Shown: positions 51,501-60,498 of the stretch, one piece after another | Position numbering within the stretch: the first letter of the stretch is position 1 | How the letters are laid out: the number at the start of each line of letters is the position of its first letter | NCBI GenBank assembly: GCA_950097015.1 | Contig: CATNEN010000030.1 | Coordinates: 1,984,001 to 2,048,000, forward strand | Source: Macrostomum hystrix | Lineage: Eukaryota; Animalia; Platyhelminthes | Length of the DNA stretch: 64,000 bases | Direction: 5' to 3' | Notes under the pieces: generated by a model | The model's input: only the letters and a program-made list of their open reading frames with translations | Database searches by the model: none | What the model was told of the DNA's origin: nothing | Position numbers and translations under genes: made by a program

Positions 51501-51597
51501 CGTGGCTGTTCGCTTGTATCAGTTCGCCGGCTGCGCCTGCGTCCGAGCCAGTGACCGCTGATGAAGAATTGCCGCCGCAGAGTCCGCTGTTACCCAT
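35810..51597 (-). CDS. sif: still life (sif)/Tiam-family Rac GEF: myristoylation-type MGN start, EVH1/WH1, PH, CC-Ex, PDZ, DH, PH; several apparent frameshifts
   Basis: Exons 51597-51494 (MGNSGLC..HVLR), 50535-50342 ([21 protein letters not shown]), 49825-49707 ([16 protein letters not shown]), 46245-46064, 45497-45283 ([21 protein letters not shown]), 43299-43202 ([11 protein letters not shown]), 43119-42964 ([14 protein letters not shown]), 42064-41924 ([10 protein letters not shown]), 40637-40422 (SFHALVTAR), 39445 to about 38960 (PDZ), 38353-38020 ([15 protein letters not shown]), 37909-37831, about 37540-37352 ([11 protein letters not shown]), 37271-37150, 36487-36187 ([17 protein letters not shown]), 35963-35810. 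Confidence 0.9.
36559..37100. mobile_element. hAT (Charlie-like) MITE carrying an internal 16-bp minisatellite
   Basis: TIR CAGGGGTAGACAAACT / AGTTTGCCAACCCCTG; TSD ttgcaaaa/ttgtaaaa; internal (CATCTCTCCTGTGTCT)n at about 36660-37000. Confidence 0.85.
38386..38929. repeat. 17-bp minisatellite (CCCCAGATTCACAGAAT)n
   Basis: Fills the sif intron between the PDZ and DH exons. Confidence 0.95.
39495..40400. repeat. 16-bp minisatellite (GTTGGCTTTGATCCCA)n, duplicated as two blocks
   Basis: Two sub-arrays separated by a copy of the exon end at 39925-39991. Confidence 0.95.
40707..41906. repeat. 26-bp minisatellite (AAACCCCAAGTACACACAGTGACAAT)n
   Basis: Fills sif intron 41923-40638. Confidence 0.95.
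42480..42880. repeat. About 26-bp minisatellite (GGAATCCCATTATCCCAGGAATATTA)n
   Basis: sif intron 42963-42065. Confidence 0.9.
43316..45051. repeat. 23-bp minisatellite (CACCTAAATCCTATTGAGTCAGT)n
   Basis: About 75 copies, starting about 17 nt from the acceptor at 43300. Confidence 0.95.
45535..45858 (-). mobile_element. tRNA-derived SINE family A, full length with (ATT)n tail
   Basis: A and B boxes, (ATT)n tail, 14-bp TSD ctcgcatgggttga (45521-45534 and 45859-45872). Confidence 0.9.
45885..46012. repeat. Short 22-bp tandem repeat (TAGAATGGTCATTGTGTGGTAC)n
   Basis: About 5-6 copies. Confidence 0.8.
47090..47425. repeat. Degenerate 17-bp minisatellite (TTGAGGCTCTTACCAAT)n
   Basis: Diverged tandem copies. 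Confidence 0.8.
47677..47863 (-). CDS. Candidate alternative first coding exons (or internal exons) of sif
   Basis: ATG at 47863 to donor gtgagt (exon end 47815, phase 1), 70-nt intron, exon 47744-47677 ending at a GC donor (ctg|gcaagt, phase 0) that joins in frame to exon 46245. Confidence 0.4.
48429..49600. repeat. 42-bp minisatellite, about 28 copies
   Basis: GAGCAGCTACGGAGAGTACAAGTGAGCCAGACGACTGTACGA; within a sif intron. Confidence 0.95.
50003..50264 (+). mobile_element. tRNA-derived SINE family A
   Basis: A box TGGCAGAGTGG, B box GTTCGATTC, same body as the other copies. Confidence 0.85.
50608..50985. repeat. 34-bp minisatellite (GGTGTGTCTTTGTACAGGAATGCGGAGGGTCCTT)n
   Basis: About 11 copies in sif intron 51493-50536. 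Confidence 0.95.
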
Positions 51598-51685
51598 CTA
51601 ATGGCCAGGTGTACTTTTAAGGTCTCAGCTTTTGCTGCAGCTGCGGCTTGGTCTCCTGCAAATATTGGCAAATTATAAGAGGGTT

Positions 51686-52023
51686 AATAATAATAATAAT
51701 ATTTGCAGGAGGGCAGTGGCACATCATTTGGTGACCCTAGACCCGCAGCCAGCGAGGAAGCAATTCTGCCCATTTCGCTGACTCCTGAGCATACAGATAC
51801 TGTATGGAGGCACACGCTCACACAGGTGACTTTCTCATCGTCAAGCCATGTACAATTTCACTGTGCCTTGGAGGTTGGCCCTCAAGGGCGTAAATCACAC
51901 GACAAGCCCTAAAGCCTTCTCTCGGCGGCTGCGCCACAATTTAATGAGGCCTCGCCGCGGAATCGAGCTCAGGGACCTCAGTGCGAGAGGCAAACGCGTT
52001 AACCAGTCAGTCACCCCCAAAAA
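51686..52023 (-). mobile_element. tRNA-derived SINE family A with (ATT)n tail
   Basis: Same body; TSD about tataagaggg(g)tt at 51674-51685 and 52024-52036. Confidence 0.85.
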
Positions 52024-52032
52024 TATAAGAGG

Positions 52033-52092
52033 GGTTAGGTTTAGGTTTAGGTATAGGTTTATCGTTAGGGTTAGGGTTAGGGTTAGGGTTAC
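52033..52092 (+). repeat. Interstitial telomere-like tract
   Basis: (TTAGGG)4 at 52065-52088 preceded by degenerate TTTAGG/TTAGGT units. Confidence 0.8.
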
Positions 52093-52849
52093 GGATCAAT
52101 AGGATGAGCGTACAGTTAGACTGAGTGAATCCCTAGACCGGTCATTCTCTCAATTCCTACCGGGCCCACCTGGCAGAGAGTCATGTGAGCCAGCAGTGTT
52201 GTGAGCTGCTTTTCTAGAAAAAAAACCTACAGTGTAAGTGCGCCATGAATTCCCAGGGTAGTATTTTTCTTCCAAAGCCGAGCGGTTTTCCTAACAGTGA
52301 GTCAATTTGCAAGCCTCGCTTAGGTGGGGATTTTTTCCACGAGGATATTTCTCCACCGCTATCTGTGGCAGGCAACCAGTACGAATGACCGCTGCTGAGT
52401 GGATTGGACAGGTGTCCAGGTGCAGCGAGAAACTGCAGTTGGTTGGTGACGCATGATATTCCAATTCGACTCAATAAATGCTCAAACTACGAGTACTTTA
52501 CGTTTTGGGACAGACTTCCATTTCATTTCACTCCTTCTGGCTTGTACGAGTAGAAAGAATCTTTTGTGCAGCCGGAGCTGAGGAAATAAATAAATTGTCA
52601 GACAATCATTTCTAAGTCATTGTTTCCTACAAATATGAATATGAATGCGCAGTTTTTATTCCGAACTTCTGACAGGCACTAATCCGATACAAAGTGGCCA
52701 GATTTCCGAAGGGATTTTCTAGGGCCAGTTTTTGCTGCTGCGAATAAGATTGTTTGCCTAAGTACTGAATATATACAGCAGGCTGCTGTGGGCCTGAACT
52801 GTGGATTAGCGGCAGGACTGCCCGACTGCACCCGCCTCAGGCTAAACTA

Positions 52850-53560
52850 CCTTCCTACTCTGCTACCCTACCCTGTCTACTCTGCCACCCTACCCTGTCT
52901 ACTCAGTCCACTACCCTGTCTACTCATGTCACCCTACTCAGTCTACTCTCTCTCCCTAACCAGTCTACTCTCTCACCAAACCCTGTCTACTCAGTCACCC
53001 TACTCAGTCTACTCTCTCTCCCTAACCAGTCAACTCTCCCTACCCAGTCTACTCTCTCACCAAACCCAGTCTACTCTCTCTCCCTACCCAGTCTACTCTC
53101 TCTCCCTACCCAGTCTACTCTCTCTCCCTACCCAGTCTACTCTCTCTCCCTACCCAGTCTACTCTCTCACCAAACCCAGTCTACTCTCTCACCAAACCCA
53201 GTCTACTCTCTCACCAAACCCAGTCTACTCTCTCACCAAACCCAGTCTACTCTCTCTCCCTACCCAGTCTACTCTCTCTCCCTACCCAGTCTATTCTCTC
53301 TCCCTACCCAGTCTACTCTCTCTCCCTACCCAGTCTACTCTCTCTCCCTACCCAGTCTACTCTCTCTCCCTACCCAGTCTACTCTCTCTCCCTACCCAGT
53401 CTACTCTCTCAACAAACCCAGTCTACTCTCTCATCCTACCATTTTTGCTCTGTCATCCTAACCTGTCTACTTTGAAACTCTACTGTGTACAGCTCTCTCA
53501 CTCTACCCTATCAAATCTCTCACCCTACCGTGTCTACTATCTCACCCTACCCTGTCTATT
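52850..53560. repeat. 22-bp minisatellite (CCCAGTCTACTCTCTCTCCCTA)n
   Basis: Array directly after the putative sif 5'UTR donor at 53613. Confidence 0.93.
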
Positions 53561-53613
53561 CTCCCACCCTGCTCTTTCCAGCTCCATTTCAACAGCAGCC
53601 GAACGGCACTCAC

Positions 53614-54060
53614 CGTCGAGTTTAGCCAGGTCACAGCGCAGTCTAAATTGATAGCTTAGCCCAAGCTGCAGCCCAACAACAGTTGCCAATGAGCTGGCAA
53701 GTTTCTGTTTCTCTGCTCAAATTTAGCCAGTTGGCCAGTCAGTGCTTAGCGAATTGTTGCATAGCAGGCAGAGATGCCCATTGTCTGCGGTTCCGGATGA
53801 GCTGTCGCAGCAAATTTGCCCAGCAGGAAGCCAGGCGTATTATGACAGACGGAGAGCCACAGAATCAGGGAGAGAGAGGGTCGCGCTCCCTGATTGGCTG
53901 GGCTGTTGGCCAGCTATTTTTGCAGAATCAGCAAGCCGAGGATTTTTGTCCTCACCCCTAAGCAGCCACCCCTACTCCACTCCACTAGGCTGGAAGCAGC
54001 GGCAGATTTTAATGAGGCCTCCGCGAGACCACTGGGGGTTGGTAGGGCCGTTGGCGAGAC
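53614..54060 (-). promoter_or_regulatory. Candidate promoter and first non-coding exon of the sif/Tiam gene
   Basis: GC-rich unique island with a GC box (ctccgcccc) and CCAAT (agccaatc) on the minus strand, ending in a consensus donor cgacg|gtgagt at 53614/53613; a 5'UTR acceptor sits at 51655 just upstream of the ATG. Confidence 0.4.
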
Positions 54061-54195
54061 GGGGCGGAGTCCACATGGCGTTCAAAGCAGGCAAGGGATT
54101 CAGCCTTCCCTTCTACACTCCCATCAGATCCTCACAGCCCCAATTGTCAACTTGTGCTAGTGTATGAGCTAGCAGCTATGCCAGGATAGACACAG

Positions 54196-54470
54196 ATAAT
54201 AATAACAATACTTTTTGCTGGAGGGCTGCGGGTGACGGCAAACCATTTGGTGACATCACACCAACCAGGAGGCAATTCTGCCCATTTCGCTGACTCCTGA
54301 GCACACACGCAAACAGGTACCGTACGCAGGCACACGCTCACACAGGTGTAAGGGCGTAAATTGCACGACAAGACCCATGGCAGCGACCCAAATTAGTGGG
54401 GCCTCGCCGTGGAGTCGAGCTCAGGGACCATGGTGCGAGCAGCAAACGCGACGTTAGACCGCTCTGTAAA
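54196..54470 (-). mobile_element. tRNA-derived SINE family A, internally deleted
   Basis: Shared blocks caattctgcccatttcgctgactcctgagcacacacgc and gggcgtaaattgcacgacaag; B-box remnant. Confidence 0.75.
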
Positions 54471-54635
54471 TCACCAACATATACACAGGTACATACGCAG
54501 ATACCACATACCTGGGTATACTATTTATCTGGGCACATAGTATCTGTTTCAGTAGTCCAAATCGTTTTTCTCAATAAGCCATAGCAAATGCTGTTTCATT
54601 CCAATATTTAAGCGCTCTGTAACAACAGTTAAGCT

Positions 54636-54995
54636 TCATCCTAACAGGTGATAACGGGTGAAGCATTATCCAAACAGGTGATAACGGGTGAAGCTCCATC
54701 CAAACAGGTGATAACGGGTGAAGCTCCATCCAAACAGGTGATAACGGGTGAAGCTCCATCCAAACAGGTGATAACGGGTGAAGCTCCATCCAAACAGGTG
54801 ATAACGGGTGAAGCTCTATCCAAACAGGTGATAACGGGTGAAGCTCCATCCAAACAGGTGATAACGGGTGAAGCTCCATCCAAACAGGTGATAACAGGTG
54901 AAGCTTCATTCTGACAGGTGATAACGGGTGAAGCTTTATTCTAACAGGTGATAACAGGTGACGCTTTATTCTAACAGGTGATAACAGGTGACTCT
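54636..54995. repeat. 30-bp minisatellite (ACAGGTGATAACGGGTGAAGCTCCATCCAA)n
   Basis: About 12 copies with diverged ends. Confidence 0.93.
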
Positions 54996-55522
54996 TCATT
55001 CTAACCAATGAAATTAAAACAGGTGACTTGTAGATTTGATCAAGTTTTGCTGCGGCTCATTCTTGTTTTTCTGTCACGACCAAATTACTGTAGCCAGTTA
55101 GTTTCTTGGAGATTTCTGTGATACAAAAAGCAAGTCGCAAATCAAAAGGTAACAAATTTGTCCATTAATATAAAAGAGAATAATCAATTACCGAAGACAG
55201 ACGTTGCTGCAGGTGAATAAACAGGAAACAAACCTGGGAAATAGAGTGACGCACCTGGACCAACAGATTATTTTTTGTCTTTAAATTAGCTTTTTGTAAT
55301 TATTTCGACTCCCAGGGAGACGGAAGCTAATTGGCGCACCTTGGAGACTGTTTCGAATAAGCTCTTTGACATGAGACTGAATATTTTGCTCAGATGTATG
55401 CCGCTGATTGAAGGTAGATTAAAAAGCTGGGTGGACATGCAATGAGGCTCGGACAGAGCAAGACGGACTACCCGGCAACTGACTGACCAGCCTAATGGGG
55501 ACCGGCAAATTGCCGATTCACT

Positions 55523-58020
55523 GAATGTGCCACTTGCTGATTCACCCTCACACAGTTCACAGGATGTGCCACTTGCTGATTCCCAAGGCCCTGATCACCC
55601 TCACACAGTTCACAGGATGTGCCACTTGCTGATTCACCCTCACACAGTTCACAGGATGTGCCACTTGCTGATTCACCCTCACACAGTTCACAGGATGTGC
55701 CACTTGCTGATTCACCCTCACACAGTTCACAGGATGTGCCACTTGCTGATTAACTATCACACTGTTCACAGGATGTGCCACTTGCTGATTCACGCTCACA
55801 CAGTTCACAGGATGTGCCACTTGCTGATTCACCATCACACTGTTCACAGGATGTGCCACTTGCTGATTCACCCTCACCCAGTTCACAGGATGTTCCACTT
55901 GCTGATTCACCCTCACCCAGTTCACAGGATGTTCCACTTGCTGATTCACCCTCACACAGTTCACAGGATGTGCCACTTGCTGATTCACCCTCACACAGTT
56001 CACAGGATGTGCCACTTGCTGATTCACCCTCACACAGTTCACAGGATGTTCCACTTGCTGATTCACCCTCACACAGTTCACAGGATGTTCCACTTGCTGA
56101 TTCACCCTCACACAGTTCACAGGATGTGCCACTTGCTGATTAACTATCACACTGTTCACAGGATGTGCCACTTGCTGATTCACCCTCACACAGTTCACAG
56201 GATGTGCCACTTGCTGATTCACCCTCACACAGTTCACAGGATGTGCCACTTGCTGATTCACCATCACACTGTTCACAGGATGTGCCACTTGCTGATTCAC
56301 CCTCACACAGTTCACAGGATGTGCCACTTGCTGATTCACCCTCACACAGTTCACAGGATGTGCCACTTGCTGATTCACCCTCACACAGTTCACAGGATGT
56401 GCCACTTGCTGATTCACCCTCACACAGTTCACAGGATGTTCCACTTGCTGATTCACCCTCACACAGTTCACAGGATGTGCCACTTGCTGATTAACTATCA
56501 CACTGTTCACAGGATGTGCCACTTGCTGATTCACCATCACACTGTTCACAGGATGTGCCACTTGCTGATTAACTATCACACTGTTCACAGGATGTGCCAC
56601 TTGCTGATTCACCCTCACACAGTTCACAGGATGTGCCACTTGCTGATTCACCCTCACACAGTTCACAGGATGTGCCACTTGCTGATTCACCCTCACACAG
56701 TTCACAGGATGTGCCACTTGCTGATTAACTATCACACTGTTCACAGGATGTGCCACTTGCTGATTAACTATCACACTGTTCACAGGATGTGCCACTTGCT
56801 GATTCACCCTCACACAGTTCACAGGATGTGCCACTTGCTGATTCACCCTCACACAGTTCACAGGATGTGCCACTTGCTGATTCACGCTCACACAGTTCAC
56901 AGGATGTGCCACTTGCTGATTCACCCTCACCCAGTTCACAGGATGTGCCACTTGCTGATTCACCCTCACACAGTTCACAGGATGTGCCACTTGCTGATTC
57001 ACCCTCACACAGTTCACAGGATGTGCCACTTGCTGATTCACCTATCACACTGTTCACAGGATGTGCCACTTGCTGATTCACGCTCACACAGTTCACAGGA
57101 TGTGCCACTTGCTGATTCACCCTCACACAGTTCACAGGATGTGCCACTTGCTGATTCACCCTCACACAGTTCACAGGATGTGCCACTTGCTGATTCACGC
57201 TCACACAGTTCACAGGATGTGCCACTTGCTGATTCACCCTCACCCAGTTCACAGGATGTGCCACTTGCTGATTCACCCTCACACAGTTCACAGGATGTGC
57301 CACTTGCTGATTCACCCTCACAAAGTTCACAGGATGTGCCACTTGCTGATTCACCATCACACTGTTCACAGGATGTGCCACTTGCTGATTCACGCTCACA
57401 CAGTTCACAGGATGTGCCACTTGCTGATTCACGCTCACAAAGTTCACAGGATGTGCCACTTGCTGATTCACCCTCACCCAGTTCACAGGATGTGCCACTT
57501 GCTGATTCACCCTCACACAGTTCACAGGATGTGCCACTTGCTGATTCACCCTCACACAGTTCACAGGATGTGCCACTTGCTGATTCACGCTCACACAGTT
57601 CACAGGATGTGCCACTTGCTGATTCACCATCACACTGTTCACAGGATGTGCCACTTGCTGATTCACGCTCACACAGTTCACAGGATGTGCCACTTGCTGA
57701 TTCACGCTCACACAGTTCACAGGATGTGCCACTTGCTGATTCACCCTCACCCAGTTCACAGGATGTGCCACTTGCTGATTCACCCTCACACAGTTCACAG
57801 GATGTGCCACTTGCTGATTCACCCTCACACAGTTCACAGGATGTGCCACTTGCTGATTCACCCTCACACAGTTCACAGGATGTGCCACTTGCTGATTCAC
57901 CCTCACACAGTTCACAGGATGTGCCACTTGCTGATTCACGCTCACACAGTTCACAGGATGTGCCACTTGCTGATTCACCATCACACTGTTCACAGGATGT
58001 GCCACTTGCTGATCCACCCT
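55523..58020. repeat. 39-bp satellite, about 64 copies
   Basis: GATGTGCCACTTGCTGATTCACCCTCACACAGTTCACAG with recurring variants; source of the 866-aa ORF. Confidence 0.97.
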
Positions 58021-58312
58021 CACTCTATGTATTATATTATACTATGCATTTAAACTTGTCCGAACACTACGCACGGAGTCGGTCAATATTTGTAGACGAA
58101 TTATTTTCCCCTAAAATATCAGAGTGAGTCTGAAAGGCTGTGCACACTGATAAAGTCAGTTCAGTTGAGGAAATAAGGGACAGACCGTAAGCAAATCGTC
58201 TCAGAAATGGGCAGAGTTGAATCGGGGCAGAGAGTTATAAGTGCAAATAGAATATAACTGTCTGCTTTTAATCAGTTGTTTTAGAGTTAATCGACTCCAT
58301 TGATAAGCCAAG

Positions 58313-58384
58313 GCGAGTGTGGTGTAACGGTTAGCATGGATGCCTTCCAAGCATTCGACCCGGGTTCGACTCCCGGCACTCGCA
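58313..58384 (+). tRNA. tRNA-Gly (anticodon TCC)
   Basis: Acceptor stem gcgagtg/cactcgc, anticodon arm gatgc-cttccaa-gcatt, T arm ccggg-ttcgact-cccgg, followed by a T-run Pol III terminator. Confidence 0.95.
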
Positions 58385-59424
58385 GATAATTTTTTCTCTC
58401 CTACGAGTATTTTTCAAAGCTACAACAGAGGCCATTATAAAATCAATTAGGATGCAGAACAGGATTAACAAAGATAACCTAGCAACGCCACCTAATTATC
58501 GACTGTTTTTAATACTTCTTTTTGTGTCAAAAAGAGTTCAGTTTTTTAGACAACACAGAAAAATTAATTAATAACATGCTTCACAGCTTTATAGAAGTAG
58601 TGAGGACGTTGATTTGATTTTAGTTTATTTTATATTAAAAAACGAACGGGTGACAAAACAAATAATGCCATGAGATAATTTTTTAGAAAAGCGCTACATC
58701 ATCAGAAATATTCAGTTCTTTAGATGTGCCTAAAGCCGACCGAACGTAGAGTGCAAAAATATGATAGACGGAGCTAGCCGTTGTACAGTATAATCAAGTA
58801 ACGAGTAACGATTAACAATATGCTGTCAAGATTATCTACTTTGAAAGGGTTTCGGGAATTTTCATCAAAAGAATCAAATAAATCAAAACTACTAGCTATT
58901 GAAGATAAAATTCATAACAACCAGTCTATAACAGTTACATAGATCCAAACGATACACGAACCAGATGTACTTAACAAAATACAACAGCTAATAGTAATAA
59001 TAACATGATATGTCCGTGCTTACATGACTGTAGAAATTTTAATACTCAATTTCCGAGGACTAACAAAGAAAATGCACTTTTTAATAAGAATCAACTCATC
59101 TCACCTCATCAGAAAGGTAGTTATATATTCTAGTAAATAAGAGATCTACATAGATTCCGGTAAGGCTGTAAACACAAGAGCATTGACACTAATGATAACC
59201 CTACAATAGTAAGCACGGAGAAAAACAGACCACACTACTTAGGACATGAGTAGACGAATGAGACACATATATCATTTTTTATTGCAGATTCGATTCAGGA
59301 CGATTATACCAAAATATCTTGATCTTATCTTTGTAGTATCACGAAATAGATTATTTTTATGTGAGGAAAATGCGATCTTTTGTTGAAGACAATGCGGAAT
59401 GGGCTGTTGGGCAAGTGGCATGGC

Positions 59425-60380
59425 CTGGGGGAAAGCGGACTGCCTGAGGACTGGGTGGAATGGGGGCGGATGGGAAAGCGGCACTGCCTGAGGACTGGGT
59501 GGAATGCGGGGGGGCGGATGGGAAAGCGGCACTGCCTGAGAGGACTGGGTGGAATGCGGGGGGGCGGATGGGAAAGCGGCACTGCCTGAGAGGACTGGGT
59601 GGAATGCGGGGGGGCGGATGGGAAAGCGGCACTGCCTGAGGACTGGGTGGAATGCGGGGCGGATGGGAAAGCGGCACTGCCTGAGAGGACTGGGTGGAAT
59701 GCGGGGCGGATGGGAAAGCGGCACTGCCTGAGAGGACTGGGTGGAATGCGGGGGGGGCGGATGGGAAAGCGGCACTGCCTGAGGACTGGGTGGAATGGAG
59801 GCGGATGGGAAAGCGGACTGCCTGAGGACTGGGTGGAATGGAGGCGGATGGGAAAGCGGCACTGCCTGAGGACTGGGTGGAATGGAGGCGGATGGGAAAG
59901 CGGACTGCCTGAGGACTGGGTGGAATGGAGGCGGATGGGAAAACGGACTGCCTGAGGACTGGGTGGAATGGAGGCGGATGGGAAAGCGGACTGCCTGAGG
60001 ACTGGGTGGAATGGAGGCGGATGGGAAAGCGGACTGCCTGAGGACTGGGTGGAATGGAGGCGGATGGGAAAGCGGCACTGCCTGAGGACTGGGTGGAATG
60101 GAGGCGGATGGGAAAGCGGACTGCCTGAGGACTGGGTGGAATGGAGGCGGATGGGAAAGCGGCACTGCCTGAGGACTGGGTGGAATGGAGGCGGATGGGA
60201 AAGCGGACTGCCTGAGGACTGGGTGGAATGGAGGCGGATGGGAAAGCGGCACTGCCTGAGGACTGGGTGGAATGGAGGCGGATGGGAAAGCGGACTGCCT
60301 GAGGACTGGGTGGAATGGAGGCGGATGGGAAAGCGGCACTGCCTGAGGACTGGGTGGAATGGAGGCGGATGGGAAAGCGG
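59425..60380. repeat. G-rich 43/44-bp minisatellite with 87-bp higher-order alternation
   Basis: GCGGATGGGAAAGCGG(C)ACTGCCTGAGGACTGGGTGGAATGGAG, alternating 43 and 44 nt units. Confidence 0.93.
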
Positions 60381-60498
60381 ATTGGGCTTGGTTTTTACTG
60401 TCTGGCAGGTTTAGCAGGTATTTAAAGTGGGAGACGCCAAACAGAATGGCCAAAGTTAGCCAGTAGGCATCGGCATAGCAACAGTTTCTGTCTAGACT

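Noticed and set aside
52033-52092. True chromosome end
   Set aside because: Only four perfect units with unique sequence on both sides; interstitial.
55527-58127. 866-aa His-rich ORF and overlapping long ORFs
   Set aside because: Product of a stop-free 39-bp unit; begins at GTG, is open in several frames and on both strands, switches frame at an indel, and shows no synonymous bias.
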